This document shows positions 63,486 to 64,000 of a DNA stretch of 64,000 nt, one piece after another. Location of the stretch: the NCBI GenBank assembly GCA_963810095.1, contig CAWEMM010000006.1:1536001-1600000 (forward strand), read 5' to 3'. The notes under the pieces were generated by a model, which was not told the origin of the DNA, made no database searches, and was given only the letters and a program-made list of their open reading frames with translations. A program made the translations under genes and the position numbers. The first letter of the stretch is position 1. Every line of letters begins with the position of its first letter. This DNA comes from an uncultured Chloroflexia bacterium. GTDB lineage: Bacteria > Chloroflexota > Anaerolineae > CG2-30-64-16.

Positions 63486-64000
63486 ATGCGCAAGGCTGAT
63501 CTCGGACGCAAACTGCTCCTCGCTGCGACAGCGGCTGGCGTGCTCGGGCTCGCCCTGTTCGCTGCAGGGAGCGGCGGCGCCGGCTTCGCCGGGTCAGCCG
63601 CCGCGCAGGCCGCCGGCGGGGTCGACATTTCGGCCCCGCCGGTGACCGTCGCGCAGTGGTCGACGAGCGGCGGCGACCGGGCCGAGCCCGTGACCGGCAC
63701 GGTGACGCTCGACGGGCTGCCGGTTTCCGGCGCAGTCGTCGTCGGTCGGGGGGTTCCGGCTGGCTCAGCCGACGGACCCGCAGGGGCGTTTTGTCTTCCC
63801 GGTCGACCGCAACGTCGTCGCAGCGGTATCCTGTGAAGGTGGTGGACGCGGGCGCCGCGACGGCGGGCGGGAAGGCGCTGTCCGAAGAGCAGCGGGCTGC
63901 CCTGCTGGCTGGCCGAGGGCGGCATCGACGTCTAGTACCAGGTGCGCGACGTGTCGACGGCGCTGCGTCCCGACGGAACGGTGGCGGTGAGCGGGACGCT
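63486..64000 (+). CDS. Secreted hypothetical protein, frameshifted and truncated at window edge
   Basis: GGAGG RBS; MRKADLGRKLLLAATAAGVLGLALFA signal-like peptide; VTGTVTLDGLPVSGAVV resembles a prealbumin/carboxypeptidase-regulatory-like fold. Confidence 0.55.

Noticed and set aside
63267-63836. Fusion of the cupredoxin domain to the downstream secreted protein
   Set aside because: A GGAGG RBS and a signal-like peptide start at 63486, and a TGA ends at 63481 in a neighbouring frame; two genes joined by an indel is more likely
3225-64000. About 20 frameshifted genes (nuoB, nuoCD, mrp, E1 beta, E2, ABC genes, response regulator, PQQ gene and others) as pseudogenes or programmed frameshifts
   Set aside because: Breaks hit core genes at random, catalytic motifs are intact, no slippery heptamers were evident, and break density rises toward the window end. 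This fits long-read indel error; read polishing would decide.

Overview
GC-rich bacterial chromosomal window. The gene families and intergenic repeats suggest Chloroflexota, probably Anaerolineae-like; this is an inference. About 20 conserved genes are split by single-base frameshifts, most consistent with uncorrected long-read indel errors rather than true pseudogenes. From the left, the window holds: WS/DGAT, msrPQ, two metallophosphoesterases, pyk, an ATP-grasp/esterase pair, nth, 8-oxoguanine deaminase, and an anti-sigma/double solute-binding fusion. Next come an aldehyde dehydrogenase, hicAB, a partial complex I cluster (nuoB, nuoCD, nuoI with a repeat tail), accessory genes and mrp/apbC. 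A reverse-strand operon encodes an ABC exporter, a HlyD-type adaptor, a PEP-utilizing dikinase-like enzyme and a PlsY-like protein. Then follow a FadF-like Fe-S oxidoreductase, gldA, a branched-chain 2-oxoacid dehydrogenase with lpdA/lipA, gdhA and GntR-korAB. The window ends with a GT4/histidine kinase/response regulator trio and a PQQ-dehydrogenase-cupredoxin lipoprotein. No rRNA, tRNA, CRISPR array or transposase was seen, but at least four families of short palindromic intergenic repeats occur. The best candidates for an undescribed system are (1) the dikinase-like + PlsY-like + exporter operon, (2) the PQQ/sulfocyanin-like lipoprotein with non-canonical ligands, and (3) the anti-sigma-SBP fusion.
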